Shown in pieces: positions 8,898 to 17,840 of a DNA stretch of 64,000 nucleotides; within the stretch, counting starts at the first letter, position 1, and each line of letters begins with the position of its first letter. A program made the translations under genes and the position numbers. This DNA is from a virus, in the IMG/VR virus record IMGVR_UViG_2718218054_000003. The stretch is one strand, 5' to 3'. Under the pieces are notes generated by a model. It was not told the DNA's origin and made no database searches. It saw only the letters and a list, made by a program, of their open reading frames with translations.

Positions 8898-9727
8898 GCG
8901 CACCCCCGTTCGCGTACTTCGGAGGGAAGTCCCGGCTCGCCGGGGATATCGCCGCGACGTTCCCCGAGCACACGCACTACGTCGAGCCGTACGCCGGTTC
9001 CCTCGCGGTGCTGCTGGCGAAGCAGCCCTCGGTGATGGAGACCGTCAACGACCTCGACGGCGACATCGTCCACTTCTGGAAGGTCCTGCGCGAGCAGCCG
9101 ACCGCGCTGGCCCGCGCGTGCGCGTTGACGCCGCACTCCCGTGCCGAGCACGCCGCCGCCCGCGACCGCCCCGCCGAGCTCGACGACATCGAGCGCGCCC
9201 GCCGCGTCTGGACCTACCTGACACAGGGCCGCGCCGGCATCCTCCGCAACACCGGCTGGCGCCACTACGTCGCCCCCAGCGGTTCGTCCACCTCGATGCC
9301 GAAGTACCTCCGCGGCTACGTCGACCGCATGGCCGCCGCAGCCGAACGCCTCGCGCACGTCAGCCTGGAGTGCCGTCCCGCGCTCGACCTGATCGAGCGC
9401 TACGGCCGCTCACCCGAGGTCCTGCTGTACGTCGACCCTCCGTACCTCGGCAGCGCCCGCGTGTGGGGCAACAACTACCGCCACGAGATGCGCACCGACG
9501 ACGAACACCGCGAGCTCGCCACCGCGCTCAACAACTGCGCGGCAGCGGTCGTGCTGTCCGGCTACCCGTCCCCGCTCTACGACGAGCTGTACGCCGGCTG
9601 GCACCGCACCACATTCGAGGCCACCACCGGCCAGGGCGGCACCCGCGGCGAGCGCACGGAAGTCCTGTGGGCCAACCGGCTTCCCCAGCCCACCTTGTTC
9701 TGCAGCACCGAGGAGATCCACGCATGA
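8894..9727 (+). CDS. DNA adenine methyltransferase (Dam-like, D12 class)
   Basis: YFGGKSRLA, YVEPYAG, VNDLDG, YVDPPY. Confidence 0.93.
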   Translation: MSAPPFAYFGGKSRLAGDIAATFPEHTHYVEPYAGSLAVLLAKQPSVMETVNDLDGDIVHFWKVLREQPTALARACALTPHSRAEHAAARDRPAELDDIERARRVWTYLTQGRAGILRNTGWRHYVAPSGSSTSMPKYLRGYVDRMAAAAERLAHVSLECRPALDLIERYGRSPEVLLYVDPPYLGSARVWGNNYRHEMRTDDEHRELATALNNCAAAVVLSGYPSPLYDELYAGWHRTTFEATTGQGGTRGERTEVLWANRLPQPTLFCSTEEIHA

Positions 9728-11856
9728 GCCGTGCCGCACAGCGCCTGCAGCGCGTCGCCACCCATCGCCCCGCCGTGCGCCGCCGCCGCTTCCGCCACGA
9801 CGAGCTCGTCGCCGTCGACCTGTTCAGCGGCTTCGGCGGCCTCACCGAGGGAATCCGTCGCGCCGGATTCACCACGATCATGGCCGCCAACCACAACGAG
9901 TACAAAGTCCAGGTCCACGAAGCGAACCACCCGTACGCCGAGCACTGGATCGCGAACCTCGTCGACAAGGAGTCCTCGGACTACCACGACGTCCGACAGC
10001 TCCCTGCCGCCGACCTCCTCGTTGCCGGCGTGTCCTGCACCAACCATTCCCAGGCCAACACGAAGAAGGCCTACGCCGAGGGCCTGTCGCTGTTCGACCT
10101 CGACGACCCCGAGTACAACGAGCGCGTCACCCGGTCCGAACGGGACCGTGCGACCGCCTCGTGCGTGCTGCACTACGCAGCCCAGCACCGACCCCGCATG
10201 ATCCTGGTCGAGTGCACCACCGAGATCGTCTCGTGGGGACCAGCCCTGCCCGGAAAGAAGATCGGTGACGGGACCACCTACAAGTGGTGGCTCAAGCAGT
10301 TCGACCTGCTCGGCTACCGGCACAAGGTCATGTACCTCAACACCCAGTTCTTCGGCGTCTCCCAGAGCCGCGACCGGTGGTTCTGCGCGATGTGGCTCAA
10401 AGAGATGCCCCCACCGGACCTCGACCACCGGCCGCACTCGTGGTGCGACCGGTGCCACACGATCGTCGAAGCCGTGTGGACCTGGAAAACGGGCATCCCG
10501 CCGACCGGAAGCGTGAGGTACGGCAAGCAGTACAACTACACCTGCCCCAGCTGCCGCCGCGAAGTCATTCCGCCGATGGCCCCCTCGATCAACTCCCTGG
10601 ACCTCACCGACCTCGGCACCCGCATCGGCGACCGCGAGATCAAGAGGTTCGTGGACAAGAAGACCGGTGAGGTCACCTGGTCGCAGATGGCGCCCGCCAC
10701 GATGGCCCGCGCCGAGCGCTGCCTCCAGCGGTTCGGGGACTTCCCTGCGGTGCTGATGCCTGCCAAGGCGGTGCACGGTACCGAGCGGCACCCGTGGCAG
10801 CCCATGTCCACCCAGACGAGCCAGCAGGAAACCTCCGTGCTGTCGACTGGCGCGGTCATGGCGGCGGCTGGAAACACCTACGAGAGGCCGGGCTCGGACT
10901 GCCGCAGCCGCGACCTGTCGCAGCCGTTGTGGGCGCAGCCGGCGACGAACACGACCGGCCTCGTGACGCCGCCAGTCGCGCTCACGGGCATGGTGACCGT
11001 CGGCCACCGGCACAACGGCGACGGCCAGCACTTCCTCAGGCCAATGGACACCGTCACCAGCACGCACGAGAAGGCCGTCGTGTACGCCGCGGTCGACAAC
11101 TTCCAGGGAGCGCCTCGCGGAGTCGGGGAACCGCTGGCCACTCAGGGCGGGTCAGAGACGATGGGCCTGCTCTCGGCGCGAGTGATGCCGAACCGGACAC
11201 ACGCGACCAGCCGCAACCTCGGCGAGCCGATGGAGACGGTTGTCGGAGGCGCCGGATCCGGCGGCATCGGCATGCTCTCCAGCGGAGTCGTGCCGTTCCG
11301 GAAGAACACCATCCCCACAGTGCACGGCGAGCCGATGCCCGCCGTCACCTCCGACCAGATCCCGGGCCTGCTGACCGCCGCCGGCGTCATCAAGAACAAC
11401 GGCTCGATCGACGAGGCGCAGTACCGGTCTCACCCCGTGAGCGACCCGCTGGGCACCGTGGTCGGCTCCGGCGCGCACCAGTCGCTCCTCTTCTCGGTCT
11501 GGTACAAGCAGAACGGCTCTGAGGCCAACGCAACCGCACCGCACCCGCTGAGCGACCCGTTCGGCACCCTCACCTCCCGCGACACCACTGCGGTGCTGGG
11601 CGCCGAGTGGCGCGCAATGCTCGCCGACATCAGCTTGTTGGACTGCTTCTTCAAGATGCTCGGCCCGCACGAGATCGGCCGCGGATGTGGGTTCGACGTC
11701 AGCTTCCCCGGCTATGGCTACGAAGGCACGTTCCAGGTATGGGGCTCCGCCCGGGACCAGGTCGACGGCTTCGGCAACGCCGTCACGCCGGCTGTCGGCG
11801 AGTGGATCGGCCACCGGCTGCGCGAAGCCCTGCACCGCACCGAGTCCGTCGCATGA
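9724..11856 (+). CDS. DNA cytosine-C5 methyltransferase with long repeated variable region
   Basis: DLFSGFGG motif I, catalytic Cys in GVSC, QSRDRWF, C-terminal GNAVTP. Confidence 0.88.
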   Translation: MSRAAQRLQRVATHRPAVRRRRFRHDELVAVDLFSGFGGLTEGIRRAGFTTIMAANHNEYKVQVHEANHPYAEHWIANLVDKESSDYHDVRQLPAADLLVAGVSCTNHSQANTKKAYAEGLSLFDLDDPEYNERVTRSERDRATASCVLHYAAQHRPRMILVECTTEIVSWGPALPGKKIGDGTTYKWWLKQFDLLGYRHKVMYLNTQFFGVSQSRDRWFCAMWLKEMPPPDLDHRPHSWCDRCHTIVEAVWTWKTGIPPTGSVRYGKQYNYTCPSCRREVIPPMAPSINSLDLTDLGTRIGDREIKRFVDKKTGEVTWSQMAPATMARAERCLQRFGDFPAVLMPAKAVHGTERHPWQPMSTQTSQQETSVLSTGAVMAAAGNTYERPGSDCRSRDLSQPLWAQPATNTTGLVTPPVALTGMVTVGHRHNGDGQHFLRPMDTVTSTHEKAVVYAAVDNFQGAPRGVGEPLATQGGSETMGLLSARVMPNRTHATSRNLGEPMETVVGGAGSGGIGMLSSGVVPFRKNTIPTVHGEPMPAVTSDQIPGLLTAAGVIKNNGSIDEAQYRSHPVSDPLGTVVGSGAHQSLLFSVWYKQNGSEANATAPHPLSDPFGTLTSRDTTAVLGAEWRAMLADISLLDCFFKMLGPHEIGRGCGFDVSFPGYGYEGTFQVWGSARDQVDGFGNAVTPAVGEWIGHRLREALHRTESVA

Positions 11857-11888
11857 CGATCCCGCACCAGTCCACGGAGGACACCACC

Positions 11889-12211
11889 ATGACGGCTAGC
11901 CCCGAACCGGCAGTGCGCGTCACGGAGTACACCGTGTCGTGCCTGCCACAAGGCCACCCGCAGGAGCACAACTTCAGCCTCACTGTCGCGGAACGCTCGC
12001 CCGGCAGGTGGGCAGTGCAGCGGTACAGCTCCTGCTACGACGCCGACGGCAACCGCGGCTACGAATTCGTGTCGACCGGCCGCGGTGACGACTTCGTGGC
12101 GCGGTTCCGGCACAGCCTTGACGACGCGCTCGCGCTGGCAAGCGGGTCGCTCCGACCCTGACCGTCAACGGCTACACGCTCGCCGACGTCGTCGGGCGGA
12201 CGGACGCATGA
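11889..12211 (+). pseudogene. Hypothetical protein with apparent 1-nt frameshift near 12140
   Basis: In-frame stop at 12161, but a one-base shift continues KRVAPTLTVNGYTLADVVGRTDA to a TGA overlapping the next ATG (ATGA). Confidence 0.5.
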
Positions 12212-12444
12212 GCGACCAGGTCGACGAGGACTTCGACTTCTACTGGGACGACGACCTGGGTTCGGCGAAGGAGGAGCCTGACTGCTTTTCCTGCAACGAC
12301 AGCGGATGCCGCGCCTGTGCCCGGCATCCGGAGAACTGCGACTGCGAGCAGTGCTTCGAGGCGATCGTCGCGGAGCACGAGTACGAGAGCGATGTCGACG
12401 CCGGCCTGATCTCCGCCACCTTCGCCGACACACCCCCGTTCTGA
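12208..12444 (+). CDS. Small acidic Cys-rich protein
   Basis: CFSC, CRAC, CEQC. Confidence 0.55.
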   Translation: MSDQVDEDFDFYWDDDLGSAKEEPDCFSCNDSGCRACARHPENCDCEQCFEAIVAEHEYESDVDAGLISATFADTPPF

Positions 12445-12511
12445 CCTGCTGGCGCCGCCGCGGCCACCGCACGCGGCGGCACCATTCAACCGACTGTCCA
12501 CGGAGGACACC

Positions 12512-13267
12512 GTGTCCAACTCCGAACCTGCGAAGACCTTCCGGATCGGCGTCACTCTGGAAGGCGGCTCCCTTCACGCGGTGGCGCCCATACCTCCGGA
12601 GATGGTGCTGGCGTGGCTCAGCTACGTGCCGGCCGAGTGCGGCGCCGCAGTGCAGATCGCCCACGACTGGGGTCTCTTCGAACGCGGCAACGAGCGGATC
12701 GACCGGCTCGGCGCGTGCGCGCACTGCGCCTGGTCCGTCGCGCTCGCTACCAGCACCACGCAACGCGAACTCGTCGCGCTCAACCCGGCATCCGCCGCAG
12801 AGCACGATGCGCTCGTCCGGCTGCACCCACGACCGTTCCTGTACCTGGACATCTGCCGATTCCTGCTGAAGGACATCGAGGAACACGGCCCCGACAGCGG
12901 CCGCTTCATCCAGGCGTTGACCATCGCGACCCGGCATCGGCCGGTCGTGCTGCTCGACACGCTGTGCACCGAGGACTCGTGCGACCACGACGAGAAGCCA
13001 CAGGGCTGCTACGCCGACGCGGACACGGTGGCGTGCAGGGAATGCACGATCAGCGCGGGCCCGTGGGCCGGCGCGTACGAGGGCTACGTCGAAGTGCTCG
13101 TACTCGCTGAGGACTGCCCGATGCTGCCCGCGATGGCCAAGGCCTACGGCGTCAAGTCGCCTTGCGCGGTGTGCGGGGAGTCGAGCCGCGGCGACACGGA
13201 GCTGTGCAACCTGCACACGCCTCTCCAGGGCAACATCGAGGTGCGGCGCGGGGGTGGTGCGTCGTGA
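12512..13267 (+). CDS. Hypothetical Cys-rich protein
   Basis: GGAGG RBS. Confidence 0.7.
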   Translation: MSNSEPAKTFRIGVTLEGGSLHAVAPIPPEMVLAWLSYVPAECGAAVQIAHDWGLFERGNERIDRLGACAHCAWSVALATSTTQRELVALNPASAAEHDALVRLHPRPFLYLDICRFLLKDIEEHGPDSGRFIQALTIATRHRPVVLLDTLCTEDSCDHDEKPQGCYADADTVACRECTISAGPWAGAYEGYVEVLVLAEDCPMLPAMAKAYGVKSPCAVCGESSRGDTELCNLHTPLQGNIEVRRGGGAS

Positions 13268-13863
13268 GCCTCGCCGAGAATCTCCGCGTCGCCCGCGCCG
13301 CGAGCGGCCTCAGCCAGCAGGCGGTCGCCGACAGCACCGGCATCCCGCGTACCGCAGTCTCCGACATCGAGCACGGTAAGCGCGAGGTCGGGGCGCTGGA
13401 ACTCAAGGCACTCGCGAACCTGTTCGGAACGTCCGCAGACGCGCTGCTCGGCGGGGAACCGCCCCAACTGTCGGCGACTGACCCTGCCACCTTGCTGCGC
13501 GACACGCTCGCCAAGCTGGAGATCACCCAGGCCGAGCTGGCACGCCGCACAGGTCTGTCGGTCAAACACATCAACCAGATCGCACAGGACCTCAAGCCGA
13601 TCAGCTCCATGGTCGCCCTGCGATTCGAACGCGCGACTGGGGTTTCGTCAGCTGAGTGGCATCGCGCGGCAGCCGAGCGACAGGACCGGTTGCTACGGCG
13701 TCGTCCGCGTGTCTGGTGGTCGCCGCGGCTCGGTGTGCTGGAGGAACTGGCGGGAAGCGTCCCGCTGGAAGTGATCCGCGTCGTGACCAACACCGTGCTG
13801 GCCGCGCTGCCCGACGACGCGACGGAGCTGCTCCCCGTAAACCAGAAGGGACTCGCGTCGTGA
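13264..13863 (+). CDS. Tandem XRE-HTH protein (second HTH HigA/VapI-like)
   Basis: LSQQAVADSTGIPRTAVSDIEHGKR; ITQAELARRTGLSVKHINQI. Confidence 0.85.
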   Translation: MSLAENLRVARAASGLSQQAVADSTGIPRTAVSDIEHGKREVGALELKALANLFGTSADALLGGEPPQLSATDPATLLRDTLAKLEITQAELARRTGLSVKHINQIAQDLKPISSMVALRFERATGVSSAEWHRAAAERQDRLLRRRPRVWWSPRLGVLEELAGSVPLEVIRVVTNTVLAALPDDATELLPVNQKGLAS

Positions 13864-14099
13864 GCACGATCCACCGCCAGGAGCGCACCGTTCACTTCGT
13901 CGAGCAGGTTGTGCCCGTGGATCCGGCGTGGGGTGCCTGCTGGGTCGAGGTCTACAAGGCCGTGTCCGCGCTCGTCGCGGAGATGCGCGCGACGGGCCGG
14001 CTGGGCGAGACGCAGGAGCCAGCCGACGACGCGATCCGGTTCCGCATCACCGACGACGAGATCGTCGCCTACTACGAGACCATCAAGGTGACCCGGTGA
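13860..14099 (+). CDS. Hypothetical protein
   Basis: GTGA coupling. Confidence 0.65.
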   Translation: MSTIHRQERTVHFVEQVVPVDPAWGACWVEVYKAVSALVAEMRATGRLGETQEPADDAIRFRITDDEIVAYYETIKVTR

Positions 14100-14620
14100 G
14101 CGCGCCTGAGGAGATCGCCGAGCAGCAGCGTGAGGACGAACTGCGCGGCCAGGTCGAGGCTCGCCCGGAGAGAGCTGCGGACGCGGTCTCGGAGACGATC
14201 GGCCTCGCCGTGGCTGAAGCGTTGGCGCGCGGGGAGTTCGTCGAGCAGCTCGCCGAACGCGGATGGGTGCTCGTGCATGTCGGCGTCGGGTCGTGCCCGG
14301 AACCGCCGAAGGAGTGGCTGCACGACGGCATCGACATCACCGCGCAGGGCTGGCTCGACCCGATTGGGCGGCTGCACGAGCTGTGGCAGACCGCATGGGA
14401 AGCCGGCCGTCGGGCGGGCAGCGACGCGCGTGAACTGGTTGAGCGGGTTCGTGAGGTTGAAACGTTCTTGGAACAGCGAGACGACCTCGTGGCGGAGCTG
14501 CGCCGGCAACTCAAGGCCGCTTGGCGGGGGCAGGCACGCGCCCAACACGCCGCCGGATTGCGGCACGACAAGGACTACTGCGAGTACTGCAAAACCGAGA
14601 CGGTGGTGACACTCCGATGA
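14096..14620 (+). CDS. Hypothetical protein
   Basis: GTGA coupling. Confidence 0.65.
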   Translation: MSAPEEIAEQQREDELRGQVEARPERAADAVSETIGLAVAEALARGEFVEQLAERGWVLVHVGVGSCPEPPKEWLHDGIDITAQGWLDPIGRLHELWQTAWEAGRRAGSDARELVERVREVETFLEQRDDLVAELRRQLKAAWRGQARAQHAAGLRHDKDYCEYCKTETVVTLR

Positions 14621-15240
14621 GGATGTTGACGGTTCGGCAGCCCTGGGCCTGGGCCATCGCCGCAGGCTACAAGACGATCGAGAACCGCACCTGGACGACA
14701 TCGCACTGCGGTGAGCTCGGCATCCACGCCGGCATCCGCTGGGACGACGACCGCGAAGACGCCGTCCGATTCGTGCGCGACACCGCCCGCGCGCTCGGGC
14801 ACACCTTGCCGCACACGATGAAGGACGCGTGGCCGCTCACCTCCAGCGGCTACGTGCTCGCGGTCGTCGACCTGGTCGGCATCTGTGACGTCTCGCTGCA
14901 CCGGCCCGACATCAGCTGCGGCTGCGGACCATGGGCGATCCCCGGCCAGGCCCACTGGCGACTCGAGTCCCCCCGCGTGCTGGACAAGCCGCTGGCGGCC
15001 AAGGGCCAGCTGCAGTTGTGGGAGCTGGACTTCACGTTGGAGGGCCAGCAGTTCACGGCCGCCGAGATCATCGACACCATCCACCACGCCCTGCAGAACA
15101 AGGAAATCCACGCGATCGAGGGGCTGCTCAAGCTGCTCGCGGTCCGGGACCCGGCGGCAGCACAGGACGTGATGGACACGCTGCACCTCGGCATCGTGCT
15201 GGGGCGCCTCAACGACACCGCGAAAGGGATCACGTCGTGA
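14617..15240 (+). CDS. ASCH-domain protein
   Basis: LTVRQPWAWAI..GYKTIENRTW..GELGIHAG; KGQLQLW. Confidence 0.85.
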   Translation: MRMLTVRQPWAWAIAAGYKTIENRTWTTSHCGELGIHAGIRWDDDREDAVRFVRDTARALGHTLPHTMKDAWPLTSSGYVLAVVDLVGICDVSLHRPDISCGCGPWAIPGQAHWRLESPRVLDKPLAAKGQLQLWELDFTLEGQQFTAAEIIDTIHHALQNKEIHAIEGLLKLLAVRDPAAAQDVMDTLHLGIVLGRLNDTAKGITS

Positions 15241-15629
15241 CGGAGCCGAACACCGACCTGCCGCGGCTGGCGCCCGGCACGTACCTGCTCACCAAGCGCC
15301 TCGTGGTCGGCGAGAACGGGTGCAGCGAGTTCGTCGACGAGCCGGTTGGCGAGTACATCAAGGGCTTCTGGCCGCGCACCCGCACGCGGGTCACGCCCGT
15401 CCTGGGCGAGCCGACCGACGAGCTGCCGTTGCGACAGCGCATCGCACGGGCACTGCTCGACTTGTCGCACAACGGCGGCCATGGCGACGACGTGATGGTG
15501 TCCCTGAACGCAGCTGCTGACGCTGTGCTGGCGGTGGTGCAGTCGCAGATCGACCGGTTGGAAGTGGCGCTGGAGACCCAGCAGTCCCTGCCTTCCGCGC
15601 TCGCAGAACAGGAGCGCGACCGTGGATGA
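15237..15629 (+). CDS. Hypothetical protein
   Basis: GTGA coupling. Confidence 0.6.
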   Translation: MTEPNTDLPRLAPGTYLLTKRLVVGENGCSEFVDEPVGEYIKGFWPRTRTRVTPVLGEPTDELPLRQRIARALLDLSHNGGHGDDVMVSLNAAADAVLAVVQSQIDRLEVALETQQSLPSALAEQERDRG

Positions 15630-16038
15630 GAACTTCCCCACCGCGAAGATCGCCGATGCCCTTGGAGGGAAGACCCAAACACTGGCTAATCAGAATTCCG
15701 TGCAGCGGGAAGTCGGCGAGTTGCGCCAAGCCGTCGAGGACCTTGCACATCGCGTCAACGCAGACCCCGCAGGCCGCAAGCCGGACCGCTCCTGGTGCGA
15801 GCCGGTCAGCAACCTCGTGTACGGCGAGTGGGACGTTGCCCGAGACCGGGCGAACATCCGAGTCCGCGCGGGACATACCGACGGCGTGCCGGGCCTGTTC
15901 ATCGTGGACCGCGCGAGCTGGGACATGACACACCTGTCGGTCGCGGACGCATACGACCTGATCGCGGCTCTGGTCGGCGGGATCGCTTACCTGCGGGATG
16001 ACCTGACCGAGCTTCGCGCTAGGAAGGAGCGCCGTTGA
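15622..16038 (+). CDS. Hypothetical protein
   Basis: GGAG RBS. Confidence 0.6.
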   Translation: MDENFPTAKIADALGGKTQTLANQNSVQREVGELRQAVEDLAHRVNADPAGRKPDRSWCEPVSNLVYGEWDVARDRANIRVRAGHTDGVPGLFIVDRASWDMTHLSVADAYDLIAALVGGIAYLRDDLTELRARKERR

Positions 16039-16244
16039 AGACGATCAACTGGGACGCTGTGCGTGCGGCGACACCGGGCTCGGTCACCTGCAACCACTGC
16101 CAGCGTCCGAACATCGTCGTCGTGAACAAGCTGACCGGGCTGCGCGCGCCGCACCGGAACAAGCCGAAGACCCAGCCCGGTCAGAAGCACCCGTGGTGCG
16201 ACGGCGGCAACCGGATGTACGACAGCCTGCCGGAGACGACGTGA
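16035..16244 (+). CDS. Small Zn-ribbon-like protein
   Basis: CNHC..H..WC; AGGAG RBS. Confidence 0.55.
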   Translation: MKTINWDAVRAATPGSVTCNHCQRPNIVVVNKLTGLRAPHRNKPKTQPGQKHPWCDGGNRMYDSLPETT

Positions 16245-16597
16245 CGAGCAACGAAGCCTCGTATCTTGCGGCCTTCGGAGCCCGACTCAAAGAAGCACGG
16301 GAGGCAGCTGGCTGGACCCAGACCGAACTCGCAGACCGGCTCAGCATGACGCGGTCGTCGGTCGCGAACTTCGAAGCTGGCCGACAGCACGCGCCAGTGG
16401 CGATCGCCGCGTTGTGCGCGGACGTCCTGCTGTGCGATCCCGGCTGGCTGCTCTCCGGTCGCACCCTGACGCCCTACCCGGTGCGACCCGCCCTCCGCCC
16501 ATCCGAGCTCGCCGAGGCTGTGCAGGAGGCCGAGCAGTTACACCGCCGCCTGCACGACCTGGCCAACCGACTGAACTCGCCGACCGCGTCGACCTGA
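16241..16597 (+). CDS. XRE-family HTH regulator
   Basis: FGARLKEAREAAGWTQTELADRLSMTRSSVANFEAGRQ. Confidence 0.85.
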   Translation: MTSNEASYLAAFGARLKEAREAAGWTQTELADRLSMTRSSVANFEAGRQHAPVAIAALCADVLLCDPGWLLSGRTLTPYPVRPALRPSELAEAVQEAEQLHRRLHDLANRLNSPTAST

Positions 16598-16672
16598 TCC
16601 CCGCCGACTTCCGCCGCGACATCAACTCCTGATCGACCTCTCCGGCTCGACCACCAGCTGAGGAGCTTCCAC

Positions 16673-16990
16673 ATGTTCAACCAACCGACCGACCGTGACT
16701 GGCGCGCCAAGGGCTACTGCAAGTACGAGGACCCCGAACTCTTCTTCGCCACCGGGAACAGCGGCCCCGCCCTGCTCCAGATCGCCGAGGCGAAGGCCGT
16801 CTGCCGCCGCTGCCCCGTCACCTCCGAGTGCCTCGCGTGGGCGCTGGAGAGCGGCCAGGACGCCGGCGTCTGGGGCGGCATGACCGAGGACGAGCGACGC
16901 AATCTGAAGCGGCGGAACAACCGCCGGATCCAGCGTGAGCAGAGCAGTGCTGACCCACTGCCGATCGCCGTTGTCGAGGGTGCGGCGTGA
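16673..16990 (+). CDS. whiB: WhiB-family Fe-S transcription regulator (WhiB1/WblE-like)
   Basis: Four Cys, DPELFF, GVWGGMTEDERR. Confidence 0.95.
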   Translation: MFNQPTDRDWRAKGYCKYEDPELFFATGNSGPALLQIAEAKAVCRRCPVTSECLAWALESGQDAGVWGGMTEDERRNLKRRNNRRIQREQSSADPLPIAVVEGAA

Positions 16991-17541
16991 CCAGGTTGAT
17001 CGCGATGCGCGGACTTCCCGGTTCGGGCAAGTCCACCCGCGCGCATCAGCTCCTCGACGAGGCCGCGGTCGGCACCATGGTGCGCTGCGGTCGGGACGAC
17101 TACCGGCGCATGTTGCACGGCCGGCCACGCCACGGCGACCGCGTCTGCGAGGACCAGGTGACGATCGCCCAGCACGCCGCGATCGAGCAGCTCCTCCTCG
17201 CGGGCGTGGACGTGCTCGTCGACGACACCAACCTGTCGCTGCGCAACCTGGAGACCCTCGCCGCGATCGCCTGGCGGTGCGGGGCCGACTTCACGGTGGA
17301 GGACTTCACCCAGGTGCCGCTCGAGGACTGCATCGCCCGCGACGCGCTGCGTGCCGGAGACGAGCGCCTGGGCGCGGACCTGATCCGGGCGATGCACAGC
17401 CGGCACCTCGCGGGCAAGCGGCTGCCGCTCCCGGTCCCGGCGCCGAACGCGACCGCGGACCTGCTGCTGTGCGCGGACGGTCAGTCTTGCGGGCGGCGCT
17501 CGATCACGTACCCGGCCTCGGCGAAACGCTGGGCGAGCTGA
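16987..17541 (+). CDS. Polynucleotide-kinase-like P-loop kinase (AAA_33), no phosphatase domain
   Basis: GLPGSGKST, RDDYR, VDDTNL, CIARD..R. Confidence 0.85.
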   Translation: MTRLIAMRGLPGSGKSTRAHQLLDEAAVGTMVRCGRDDYRRMLHGRPRHGDRVCEDQVTIAQHAAIEQLLLAGVDVLVDDTNLSLRNLETLAAIAWRCGADFTVEDFTQVPLEDCIARDALRAGDERLGADLIRAMHSRHLAGKRLPLPVPAPNATADLLLCADGQSCGRRSITYPASAKRWAS

Positions 17542-17747
17542 TCGACGTCGGCGCTGGTCATCTTCTCGATGAGGCACTTCAGGTGCAGGTCAGATACGCA
17601 CGAGCCGTCGCAGTCGTCGGCGTCGACCTCCACGTAGATCCGGCCGCTGGATGTCTGGAAGGCGCCGGGGATCTCGCCCCTGTGGAAACGGCGGTGGGCC
17701 GTGCGCCAGCTGACGCCCTGCTGCTCGGCCCATTCACGCAGTTTCAC
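17481..17747 (-). CDS. Small HTH regulator resembling the IS607 TnpA/MerR-type N-terminal HTH
   Basis: MKLREWAEQQGVSWRTAHRRFHRGEIPGAFQTSSGRIYV; no resolvase domain. Confidence 0.7.
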   Translation of the reverse strand: MKLREWAEQQGVSWRTAHRRFHRGEIPGAFQTSSGRIYVEVDADDCDGSCVSDLHLKCLIEKMTSADVDQLAQRFAEAGYVIERRPQD

Positions 17748-17753
17748 GGCGCG

Positions 17754-17793
17754 ATCATAACCGCACTTGAGTTGTCATAGAAACTATGACAAC
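17754..17793. promoter_or_regulatory. Operator palindrome and leaderless promoter
   Basis: GTTGTCATAG-AAA-CTATGACAAC 17771-17793; - strand -10 TATGAT 17754-17759 ends 7 nt from GTG 17747. Confidence 0.7.
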
Positions 17794-17840
17794 GTGTACA
17801 CCGATGGCCCCGAACGAGGCCGAGCAGGAAGGACCGAGCA

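Noticed and set aside
16673-16990. WhiB as a novelty
   Set aside because: WhiB genes are well known in actinophages; annotated but not treated as a finding
17481-17747. IS607 insertion sequence
   Set aside because: No serine-recombinase catalytic domain and no tnpB nearby
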